Source: Zygophlyctis sp. KS116
Taxonomy: Eukaryota; Fungi; Chytridiomycota
Assembly (NCBI GenBank): GCA_054661495.1
Contig: BAAFSQ010000195.1
Location: forward strand, 1 to 18,441
Direction of reading: 5' to 3'
DNA: 18,441 nucleotides
Part shown: piece by piece, positions 8,410 through 18,441 of the stretch
Numbering within the stretch: the stretch's first letter is position 1
Layout: each line of letters opens with the position of its first letter
Notes under the pieces: generated by a model
The model's input: only the letters and a program-made list of their open reading frames with translations
Told to the model about the DNA's origin: nothing
Database searches by the model: none
Made by a program: the position numbers and the translations under genes

Positions 8410-9303
8410 CTATTTTGACTTCTTTTTTGAGATAAAAAAATTATAGAAATCCAATTTATCCTTACTAGTCAAGTTTGTGATTCGCTGCCTTGTTAAAGAT
8501 GAAAGACCTTTTAGTACATTTGCATTCACATCATCTTTACCATTTTGAAAAACTGAACGCTTCACCAGCAATTTGTTTTCTAACTGGCATGATAAATTAT
8601 AGAAATGCTTAAATCCGGATCCTACAGAATAAGATGGAGAGAAATCGGCTTTAGAGTATAAAAGTCCAAACAGAATCGTATTTTGCGGCAAAGGATCAGT
8701 AAATACATTAAATTTCAAGAGCGCACGACCATTCGTAGTCGACCCTTCAGGGAAAATAACAATAGGACATTGCATAGATTCCGCTTCTTTAATTATTTTA
8801 TCCAGAGAAATCTCTCCCTTTGCAAGATTAACATTAAAGATTCTTGATAGAATTTCCATCGTTCCTTCTCTACAAAACCGTCCATCGCTTCCAGATACAA
8901 AAATAGGCGAATAAAAGGTCCAAAAGTACAAAACATCAATCCACGATGAATGATTAGAAATCAATATTTTTCCTGAAACAGAATTTAATTGATCGTTTCC
9001 AGAATGAGGAATTGAATAGAAACCAAGAATAAATAGCATTAAACGGCCAATTACAAAATGCAAATAATAAGAATAGGTTCTCTTTGCAGTCTGAGCAGGA
9101 ATTATATAAGCGATTGGCTCTAGAAGTGTATAGACCAAGATCATTAGAATTATTAAAACTGATCTCATCACAAACAAAATCGGGCTTACAAAAATCAGTA
9201 TTCCTGATTGATTCTATTGTTACTATGTTTAAAGTACATTTTCATAAGGAATAAAAGGATGAATACCAGTCCCTGCATCTCTCCAACTGTTAAACTTTTC
9301 CAT
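8410..9303 (-). CDS. LOA1: Loa1/Vps66-type lysophosphatidic acid acyltransferase (PlsC fold), 2 exons, ~289 aa
   Basis: Exons 9303-9238 and 9213-8410; intron 9214-9237 (24 nt). N-terminus MEKFNSWRDAGTGIHPF resembles yeast MEKYTNWRDNGTGIAPF. Motifs NHSSWID (HxxxxD) and FPEG; lysine-rich C-terminus KKKSK. Confidence 0.88.
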
Positions 9304-9309
9304 ACCTTC

Positions 9310-10259
9310 CTATACCCCTTTAAAGGCCCAAGAAGGAACAAAACCAGGTCTTGAACTTGAAATTAATTCATTGACAGACTCTAGATCTGATCTTGCACTA
9401 TAAATAGACTTTACAAATTCATCACTTGGTGAATCCATGAATGCAGGATACGATTCTATATAATTTAAACGAGCTGAATCCATTTCATCCCATTTTCTTT
9501 CAAGACCAAGACATAAGAGATCTCTGAAAATATATTTCTCTCTCGAGAAATTTAATACATAATCAAGAATCTCCCTGAATAATTTTGATGCATTGGTAAA
9601 GTCTTGTTTTTCTGCGTACAAATCTCCTAGATCTCCCTTGATTCCATATACACGACTAAAGTTAAACAAAAAACCAGTTACTCATCTTGTAAATCTGATA
9701 AGAGCTTTACACCTCTGCCCAGGATGAGGATAGCTTCATCCCATTTTTTGGATTGCGTATAAACCTTTGAGATTGTAATGCAATGACGTGCAGCAATTGA
9801 GAGAGAAGACTTGTTTTTCATGTACTGATCAATTCCTTTTTTCAAATGAGACACTGCCAACTCATTATCATCAATCATTTTATACGTCTTGTACGACTCT
9901 TCATACGCTTTCCCTGATTCAAAATGATTTCCCATTTTAGAAAACTCTTGAGCTGCTGTTGCAAATGACTTGCCTGCATTCTTAAAGGATTTGGAATTTT
10001 TAAATTCGATTGCCTTTTGTAATTCTAATTCTGCTTTATCTGATTCCAGCTCATCTTGAACTGCATTGTTACCCATTAAGAAAATCCAAGATCCAAAAAT
10101 CCCCAAAAGAACTCTTCCATCTGATGAATAAGCAATTTTAAAGAAATAACAGTTTGAATAAGTGACTTTTACTTTAGTAAACCAAGTCTTTTCAACCGGC
10201 TCTGAAGTAGGAGTACTAATAGCTGCAATAAATAGAATCAATAAAACTAAAATCCACAT
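9310..10259 (-). CDS. Divergent SNAP-family (alpha-SNAP/Sec17-like) protein; start at 10259 (307 aa, signal-peptide-like) or 10076 (246 aa)
   Basis: Intron 9656-9681 (26 nt) joins the two ORFs in frame. FKNSKSFKNAGKSFATAA, SIAARHCITISKVY and YPAFMDS correspond to alpha-SNAP FKMAKNWSAAGNAFCQAA, TIAAKHHISIAEIY and FPAFSDS. The start codon is uncertain. Confidence 0.75.
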
Positions 10260-10433
10260 TTCACTCTTCTGGATATTGCTTGGATTTTTGGAACGTAGTG
10301 CTTTGAAGTAAAATCTTTCTTGGAACCTCCGCTCGGCCTGCAAATCTATTATTTCCTTTGTACTTTATGGCTTTGATTCATTTATGCGTGTCTTATCTTC
10401 ACATGGGAATATTGATTTTTGAATTTTGTATTA

Positions 10434-10687
10434 ATGACTACTACTAAGAAAGACAATGATGCTAAATACCAGATTAACTGTAAAAAGTGTAGGAAAGAAC
10501 ATGAATTCAAGAAGAAAAAGTATTCAATGCAGGAGGTGCATTTATTGGTTTTATTTCTTCGGCTTTAGGTGTTGTCACTGGTCCCAAAATATTTATGGAG
10601 TATTTTGAATGCCTTACTTGTGGGCAATCAATACTAGCAAAAAAGATTGATCTGGAGAAAATTACAAAGATTGATGTTCAAGTATAA
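10434..10687 (+). pseudogene. Frameshifted small CxxC-hydrophobic-CxxC (LITAF-like zinc ribbon) ORF
   Basis: Frame 0 reads MTTTKKDNDAKYQINCKKCRKEHEFKKKK. The -1 frame continues VFNAGGAFIGFISSALGVVTGPKIFMEYFECLTCGQSILAKKIDLEKITKIDVQV*. One extra A in the A5 run at 10515-10519 gives an intact 84-aa protein. Confidence 0.55.
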
Positions 10688-10931
10688 ATGACTTCATTTT
10701 AAGATTTATTATAGTAATTAAGCGAATTTTTGCAGAGAACATTTGAAATTCCCTTTAGAGGAAGAGTCCTTTGATAATATCATTTTTCTGGATAGTGCTT
10801 TGCTTTGGAAATTGGTGAAATTTTTCTTGGATCTTCCGCCTCGGCTGTGATTTTTCTCTTATTGATCAGACGCAGACTAACTATTAAAGTTTTAGGAATT
10901 ATTAATTTTGATTCTGAGAAATTAAAAGATA

Positions 10932-13900
10932 ATGTCTGCAAAGAAACAAACTTCTTTAACGTCTTTTTTCACTCCCAAAAACGTTAAAACAACAAAAGTG
11001 GCACCTAAAGATGATGAACAATCCAATTCAACTGGGACTGGGAAGAAGAGAGGACCCGTTTTTGAAACTCCGAATGCTAAAAAGACAGCAGTTAATGTGG
11101 TAAAGATGAAAATAGTCGAATCAGACTCTGACGAACAGGAAAATAATGTACCAATGGCGGATATTACGCCAAGTCAATCAATGGATTTATCCGTATTTAG
11201 ATCAAATGATACAACGCCAATTGGCAAAATTAATGTAAGTCTTTTTGGTTTAGATTATAGACGCCTCGGACGTTGGTTGATTCTGCCAGAAAATCGACTA
11301 AAGCAGAGAAATTTAAAGAACTAAACCAAAAAAGATATGGTTGGCTATTGGATATTAAGGATGCTCAGGGTAGAAGAGAAACCGATCCTGATTATGATCC
11401 TCAAACTCTATTAATTCCAGTAAGATCTGAAAAATAGCAAATTAATGCAAAGAATACTGCTTGGAAAGAATTCACACCTTTTGAAAAGCAGTTCTGGGAA
11501 ATTAAAAGTCAGCACTGGGATAAAGTGGTCTTTTTCAAAAAAGGGAAGTTTTATGAATTATATGAAAAAGATGCGACGATCGGACATCAGCAATTTGACC
11601 TAAAATTGACAGATAGAGTTAATATGCGGATGGTTGGAGTACCTGAAATGAGTTTTGATCATTGGGCAGCTCAGTTTATTGCAAAAGGTTACAAGGTTGC
11701 AAAGGTTGAGCAATTGGAAAACTCTATTGGGAAAGCGATAAAAGACAAACAATCTACAAAGAAAAAAGATGATATTATTAAAAGAGAGCTTAAATCTATT
11801 TTAACTACTGGAACTCTTGTAGATAGTGGGCTTTTGAATAGTGAAATGTCGACGTATTGTCTATCGGTAAAGGAAGAAAATCAATATTTCGGTATTGCTT
11901 TCGTGGATACTGCTACTGCTGAGTTTCATTTATCTCATTTCCAAGATGATAAAGAATGTAGCCTATTAGAAACTATAATAATGCAATTAAAGCCGAAAGA
12001 ATTGGTCTTGGAAAAGAGTAATTTATCTCGTAATGCTCTACGGATTTTGAAAAATTCTACTTCGGCAAATGCCCATTTCAACTATCTTCTCCCATTAAAG
12101 GAATTTTGGGACTCACAAGCAACTTTGGACGAATTAAAATTTGCAAATTATTTTAAAAATCAGGATGGGCAGTCGGATATTGAATACTGGCCCCATCCTT
12201 TGAAAAATATTCTCAATAATGCTGCCGCTATGTCTGCATTTGGTGGACTGGTCTCTTATCTTCGTGGGTTGAAAATAGACAAGGAGCTCATCTCGACCAA
12301 CAATTTCAGTGAATACGATCCAACCAAAAAAGCAGATAGTTTAGTTTTAGATGGTCAGACTTTACTAAATCTGGAAATTTTTGAAAATACCTTTGATGGG
12401 ACCGAGAAAGGAACGCTGTTTAGTTTAATCAACCACTGTCAAACGCCTTTTGGAAAGCGTCAATTCAAACGCTGGGTTTGCCATCCATTAAAATCGGCTG
12501 CTGCAATTATTGATCGACAGGATGCGATTGAAGATTTAAGTGAAATCAGAGGTGTGGTTGACAATCTTCAGGCGGTATTAAAGAAGCTTCCGGATGTAGA
12601 ACGTTTGATCAGCAGAATACATGCTGGTGCATGCAAAGTCAAAGAATTTGTCAGAGTTCTCAGATCTTTAGAAAAAATTCTAATATTATCAAATGAATTT
12701 GAGCCACATATTAAGAATTTCAAATCCAAATCTTTAATCAAGCTCGTACTGGGATTTTCTCAGGATTTATTACCAGTTTTGGATTATTTCAACTCTGCAT
12801 TCGATAACAATGAATCTTTGGAAACAGATATTATAAAGCCTTATAAAGGATTTGATGCCGAATACGATTCGGCTGACGATAGAGTCAAAGAAATCGAAAA
12901 GCAATTCGGACTTCATCTTAAAGAATGTGAGAAGAAAATTCAGTAAGTATAAGATAATAGTTACGATTAGGCATCGTGGGCTAGTTTATAAAGATCTAGG
13001 AAAGGAAATTTATCAATTGGAAGTTCCAGCCAAAATCAAGGTCCCACAGGATTGGACAGTGATGTCGAAAACGCAATCTGTTTCCCGTTACTATAATAAT
13101 ACCATACAAAACCTTGTTAAAGAAATGCAAGAAGCAAAAGAATTAAGAGACGAAGCGCTGCGAACTGTAAAAAGGCGAATGTTTCAAAAGTTCGATGAAA
13201 ACTACCAAGATTGGTTGAATATTATCAAGCGCGTAGCTGATCTAGATTGCCTAATGAGTCTTTCATCTGTATCGAAATATTTGGGGGGTAATTGATATTT
13301 TTTTAAAACAAAGTTATGAGCTGCCGCCCAGAAATAATTTTAGATTCTACCCTGGCTGTTTTAGAAACTGTAGAACTTAAGCATCCATGCGTTATGCATT
13401 GGTAATGTGTATAATTTGTTTAAATCATAGCTTATCTTCTGGGGATTTCATCCCTAATGATACGCACTTGGGTGGATCCCATCCGAATATGATTTTATTG
13501 ACGGGGCCGAATATGGGTGGCAAGTCTACACTTCTTCGGCAGACGTGTATCGCAGTTATTTTGGCACAATTAGGATGTCATGTACCTGCGAAAAGTTTTA
13601 AATTCACTCCGTTTGATCGAATATTTACTCGTATAGGTGCAAATGATAATATCATGGCTGGTCAATCTACATTTATGGTTGAGCTAAATGAAACTTGTAA
13701 AATTCTTAAAGAAGCTACACCTCAAAGCTTGGTATGTATAATTTATTAATTAAAGGTAATTCTTGATGAATTAGGCCGTGGTACGTCTACCTTTGATGGC
13801 TATGCGATTGCCTTTGGAGTTTTAAATCACTTATTAATTCAATCTAGATGCCTTGGCCTATTTTCAACCCATTATGGCACATTAGCTAAAGAATTGGAAA

Positions 13901-14276
13901 CAAATCCTTTAATTTCTCTAATGCATATGGGATTCTTTGAAGATACAGAAAAGAAATTGATCACCTTTTTATACAAACTGAAACCAGGACGTTGTCCTAG
14001 GAGCTACGGTATGAATGTAGCGAGATTGGCAGGAATACCACCTGCCATTGTTGAAAAAGCAGAAATAGTTGCAAAGAACTTTGAAGATGAACAAAAGACC
14101 AAAGAACAAAAAACAAATATGTAAGATACTAAATGTCTTAAAAAAGGGATTCAATGACTCTTCAGGAATCATCTGGTGTTGAACAACTTCAACTGATATT
14201 GGAAAAACTCAAGGTTGGAAATATTGATCAACAAGATTTAATGATTGTGAAAACTCTATGGAAGAGTTTTCAATAG
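10932..14276 (+). CDS. MSH6: DNA mismatch repair protein MSH6, 8 exons, ~1050 aa
   Basis: Exons 10932-11234, 11261-11419, 11453-12942, 12971-13287, 13314-13401, 13431-13731, 13756-14120 and 14147-14276 (3153 nt in total). PIP box QTSLTSFF; [11 protein letters not shown] mismatch-binding F-x-E; Walker [11 protein letters not shown]; DELGRGTST; STHY; SYGMNVA. Confidence 0.96.
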
Positions 14277-14450
14277 TAAAATAAATGGAAATGAAGAAGA
14301 CTGACTACATCTTGCGATGAGTTTAATAGCCATTTCACCATATTGATCTTCCAAAACAATAGCACAGACATGACATTAAAAAGAACAGGCTGTGACTCTT
14401 ATGCTTTGGGAAATTTTTTAGAAGAAAAGTGGCGCATTCAAATTGATAAT

Positions 14451-15994
14451 ATGCCTCCATACATTACAAGAGATCAAGTTGCGGCCAAAAAGGATGAATG
14501 TTGGGTGATTATTCATGGTTCGGTTTATAATTTAAAGCCATTTCTAAGTAATCATCCGGGCGGCTCAAAAGTTATATTGAGGGAAGCGGGTCGAGATGGA
14601 ACAAGAGCATTTGACGCAATTCACCCCATAGATATAATTGATCGTGTATTGCCAAAAGAGCTTTACGTAGGACCATTAGACCCAAAGGAATCTAAATCAG
14701 ATAATGAATCAGTCGATCAAGTAGTGTCCACGATCAAAAAGCCGCCATTGGGAGCGATGCTCAATGTGTTTGATTTCGAAGCGGTTGCTAAACTTTCACT
14801 ATCTGAAGAAGCTTTTGCTTATTATTCAAGTGGTGCAGATGATGAATTGACTCTACAAGAAAATCATTCTGCATTTCATCGGATTTGGCTTCGGCCAAGA
14901 GTTTTGATAAATGTAAAAAATATTGATACAGCTACTTCTCTTTTGGGATGTAAATCTAGATTGCCTATATGTACGTTTTTTGTGATAAATGTCTAGATAT
15001 CACGGCAACTGCATTAGGAAAATTGGGACATCCGGAAGGAGAGACTGTGCTTACAAGAGCTGCTGGATCAAGGGGTATAATTCAAATGATTCCTACATTA
15101 GCTTCATGCTCATTGAATGAGATGATTCAAGCAAGTATGCCCGGTCAAAATCAATGGTTCCAATTATATGTTAATAATGGTACCAATTTCTTTCACTTAT
15201 CATAGATCGTAAAATAACTGAAAAATTAATACATACTGCTCAAGAAAAAGGATGTAAAGGTCTCTTTATAACCGTTGATGCTCCGCAACTGGGAAGAAGA
15301 GAAAAGGATATGCGTGTGAAATTTGTGGATGATGCTCCAGATGTACAGGAGGATCAGCATTTAGATAGATCTCAAGGAGCTGCTCGAGCTATCTCTTCAT
15401 TTATTGATCCTACTCTATGTTGGGATGATATAGCTTGGTTCAAATCAATAAGTAAAATGCCAATTGTTCTAAAGGGTATTCAAACAGGCGAAGATGCTGT
15501 TTTGGCTGCAAAATCTGGTGTAGCTGGCATTGTGATTAGTAATCATGGCGGGAGACAACTGGGTAATATTTAAATTCATATTTGACTGATTAGATACGTC
15601 AAGATCAGGAATTGAAGTTTTGGAAGAAGCTATGATCGCATTGAAGGCAGAGGGGTTAGAATCAAAAATTGAAATTTATGTAGATGGTGGATTTCGAAGA
15701 GGAACTGACATTTTTAAGGCTCTTGCATTAGGTGCTAAGGCAGTTGGAATTGGAAGGCCGTTTCTTTATGCAATGGCCAGTTATGGGCAACAAGGCGTAG
15801 AAAGGGCTATAGATATCCTGGAAGAAGAGCTTATTGTGTGCATGAGACTAATGGGATGTGCTAATCTCAAACAGATCCAACACAACATGGTTACCACTTC
15901 TGGATTGCAAAGTCACTCTGGTAATCCTCCACGGGATTCACTGGCTCAGGATAATTATGAAAAATTAGTGCTGCCTAAAATAAGTAAACTTTAG
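14451..15994 (+). CDS. CYB2: Flavocytochrome b2 / L-lactate dehydrogenase (cytochrome) family, C-terminal SKL, 4 exons, ~486 aa
   Basis: Exons 14451-14970, 14997-15179, 15206-15562 and 15594-15994; introns of 26, 26 and 31 nt. Cytochrome b5 domain CWVII...HPGG. FMN alpha-hydroxyacid dehydrogenase motifs YYSSGADDE, TVDAPQLGRREKD, SNHGGRQLD and DGGFRRGTD. An in-frame upstream ATG exists at 14370. Confidence 0.93.
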
Positions 15995-16025
15995 AACATG
16001 CTTAATTATATCTATCTACTTTACT

Positions 16026-17781
16026 TCAATATTTTGAGACTCTAATATGTTCTATTTGCCTCCATTTCGAACAAATTTCATCCTTATGTACATCATTTTC
16101 TACCAAAATATTATGCACGGGCGTGTGCAATACGACGTTCATTCTTCTTCTAGAAAATGAAGTGTCATTTGCCAAATATCTAGGCCAGGGAATCTGTTCA
16201 TTAGTTGTAGGAGAGGATAGTATGGGCACCCCTGTTTTAGCAAATGTTACCCATGCATTCACCATTGTTTGAGATAGCCTTCTTTCCTCACGTCCAAACT
16301 GTAAAACTTTGAGAGGAAAGATGAAAGGTATTTCGCTAAAATGAAAAACACCCAAACTACCAATAAATGGTTGAGTCCATTTGGATAATATGGGCTGATG
16401 ATTAAATCTGTACTTGTAAACAGGAACATCCATTTGGGCAAGGCCAAGTGCCAAATCGATTGTTGGACAATAGAAAAATCTATCTCCAATCATTGCTGCT
16501 GCTTGGTAGAATGGGCTATTCAAATAGTTTGCTGCAGGATACCATGTCATTATTGTCTTTACTTCAGGTAATGATAAAAATGGTAAGATCCACCTCAGAT
16601 TATGAATAACGTCCGCTTCGGTTTTAATGCCCCTGGTAGCGAAAAATGTTCCCTAAAAGATAAAGGACAAAATAAATTACTTCATTAGTGTTGGATCCTA
16701 ATAAAATTGGAATACGACTGATGTAGCCTTTTCTAACAGCCTCGACCGGTTGATATTCTAACAAATCCCCATCAATAACAGGAAATGACTCAGCCACTTC
16801 TATAAGTGTGTTATTTGCTAAAATCTCTGGAGGAATCTTTTTCATACAATCCACAATATGACTATTTCTCTCACATCCAATTTCTTTGAAGATGGTATCA
16901 TAGCCCTCTTCAAATTCAGATAATGTAGGAATAGTAAATCCTGAAGTTCCAGATTCTAAAATTGCATATTCAAATAGCTTTTGCGTCCCTAGATTTATAA
17001 ACAAAAGACATCCGACAAGAACTAATCATTAATAAAAATTCAATATACTTCCTCCAGCAGATTCACCGAAAGCTGTCACCCGATTTGGATCTCCACCAAA
17101 CTTGTGAATATATTTCTTAACCCACTCAAAAGCAGCAATTAGATCACGGATCCCCATATTCAAGAGCCCAGCATCTTGAAATTCTTTAGAAGCCGTCCAA
17201 CCAAATAATCCCATCCGATAATTAAAAGATACAACCATGACTTTTTCATGAGAATTCCTTACTATATTCCCACCATCTACCATTAAACAAATAAATTTAC
17301 TATAAAGGGGGTTTGAAACATATCCCGATGTAAAACCTCCTGGCAAAATCCAGACCATGACTGGTATTTTCTCATCCTCTTCTGAATGCCCTTCAGGAGC
17401 CCAAATACTAAGATTTAGACAATCTTCTGATCTATTTAAAGCCAGCCCAAATAGCGGCGGTGCCATTGGATCTTGAAAACAACCATTGCCATGATTAAAT
17501 GCTTCCTTCACTCCATAAAACTTTCGAGGAGGTTGAGGAGGCATAAATCTCAGATCTTTGATCGGCGGAGCAGCATAAGGTACTCCAAAGTATTGCCTGG
17601 TTCTTCTCTTGTCTCGACCGATAAAAGTTCCATAATCAAGCCTTACCATAGCTTCTCTTTTGAAAAAGGGATACGTATCCACATCCTCTTGTGGAAGATC
17701 CTTGACTGTTGGATGTGATTTAAAGATTGAAGGGAAACATTTTACTGAAACAAGCGAAAGAAAAATATATAAGAGTTTCAT
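16026..17781 (-). CDS. Secreted type-B carboxylesterase/lipase, 4 exons, ~558 aa
   Basis: Exons 17781-17301, 17276-17049, 17021-16681 and 16652-16026; introns of 24, 27 and 28 nt. Signal peptide; GVPYAAPP; SEDCLNL; catalytic triad contexts GESAG, NTNEG and GVFHFSEI. Confidence 0.92.
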
Positions 17782-18072
17782 ATCTGTAAACGTGCAATCA
17801 AATTTTATTTTGTGGCAAAGTCAAAGCTCAAACAGGAAAGTTTGATGTCGTTGTTTATGCTTCAACTCTATGATGCTTAATCTACTCAAAGCGTCCCCGT
17901 GAAATTATGATCTTCATATACTCTGCCCTCCATGCATTACTAATTCTAGATCGAACATCATGATTTGCAAGTGATTTCATGCTTTTGTAAAGACTGGATT
18001 TGATTGCTTGCAGATCTGTGCGTGCAAATCAACACGTGGATTAGCATATAAATATAAACTAGAAAATATTCA

Positions 18073-18285
18073 ATGGATGATAATTGGTGTCCATGTGGTA
18101 AATCAACTGTTAAAGTAAATATTCTTATTAAACGTTAGAATAATCTGTATTGTTCGAGTAGATGTAAACAAATGGATACAAATTATTGGAAACTTTTGCC
18201 AATCTCTAATCTTATAGATCCATTAGAGTATGGAAGATCAGGATTATATATTAAATGCAAGTATGCAAAACATGTTTTAAGTTAA
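18073..18285 (+). CDS. Ecl1-like (extender of chronological lifespan) Cys-rich microprotein, 2 exons, 62 aa
   Basis: Exons 18073-18114 and 18139-18285; intron gtaaatattcttattaaacgttag (24 nt). The product MDDNWCPCGKSTVKNNLYCSSRCKQMD... resembles S. pombe Ecl1 MDLDFCTVCGATTQDGSLYCSSECHLLD. Confidence 0.78.
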
Positions 18286-18330
18286 AATGATTATTGTGAA
18301 ATATAAAAATTACATGATCTATTTCTGATA

Positions 18331-18361
18331 AGATCTACTAGAGATCAGATCTACTAGAGAT
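18331..18361. repeat. 16-bp tandem duplication
   Basis: agatctactagagatc is followed directly by agatctactagagat. Confidence 0.85.
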
Positions 18362-18441
18362 GGAATGAGCACAAGGTACAAATGTAGATCAGGAAACTAA
18401 CATTGTCCAGTTGTACACGCGAAACTCTGTCAATTTAAAAT

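Noticed and set aside
10536-10568. 33-nt GTGCAT...TTTAG as an intron rescuing the 10434 ORF
   Set aside because: The donor does not match the GTA seen in all 22 supported introns, and splicing it misses the frame containing the second CxxC.
10932-17781. Fragmented MSH6, CYB2 and esterase ORFs as pseudogenes or evidence of stop-codon reassignment
   Set aside because: Every break is resolved by a GTA...AG micro-intron that restores frame and conserved motifs. TAA, TAG and TGA all serve as true stops in this window.
2721-17845. Small overlapping or antisense ORFs (2721, 2940, 3102, 4662, 7293, 10805, 13969, 16259, 17473, 17660)
   Set aside because: They overlap well-supported genes in other frames or strands and show no family motifs.

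Overview
This is a gene-dense, AT-rich eukaryotic window using the standard genetic code. It is most likely from an early-diverging, chytrid-like fungus (inferred from gene content, not proven). The ORF track is fragmented because the conserved genes contain tiny spliceosomal introns: I reconstructed 22, all 24-33 nt long and all starting GTA. Reassembled genes are telomeric Rap1, ELMO, kanadaptin/SLC4A1AP, Loa1/Vps66 acyltransferase, an atypical SNAP-family protein, MSH6, a flavocytochrome b2 ending in -SKL, a secreted type-B carboxylesterase, and an Ecl1-like microprotein missed by the ORF track. The main candidate novel system is at 1-2507: three tandem, intronless, paralogous secreted proteins whose mature parts are largely short linear motifs for cytosolic phospho-signalling. 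Two carry a SILK + RVxF + PhiPhi protein phosphatase 1 docking cassette. Two carry R-x-x-A-F-D-E motifs, tandemly expanded as RPRSNAFDE in one, which resemble basophilic-kinase substrate sites with Ala at the phospho-acceptor position (pseudosubstrates). The true frame of the first gene (<1..679, minus) is not in the ORF track. Functional readings of these motifs are inference.
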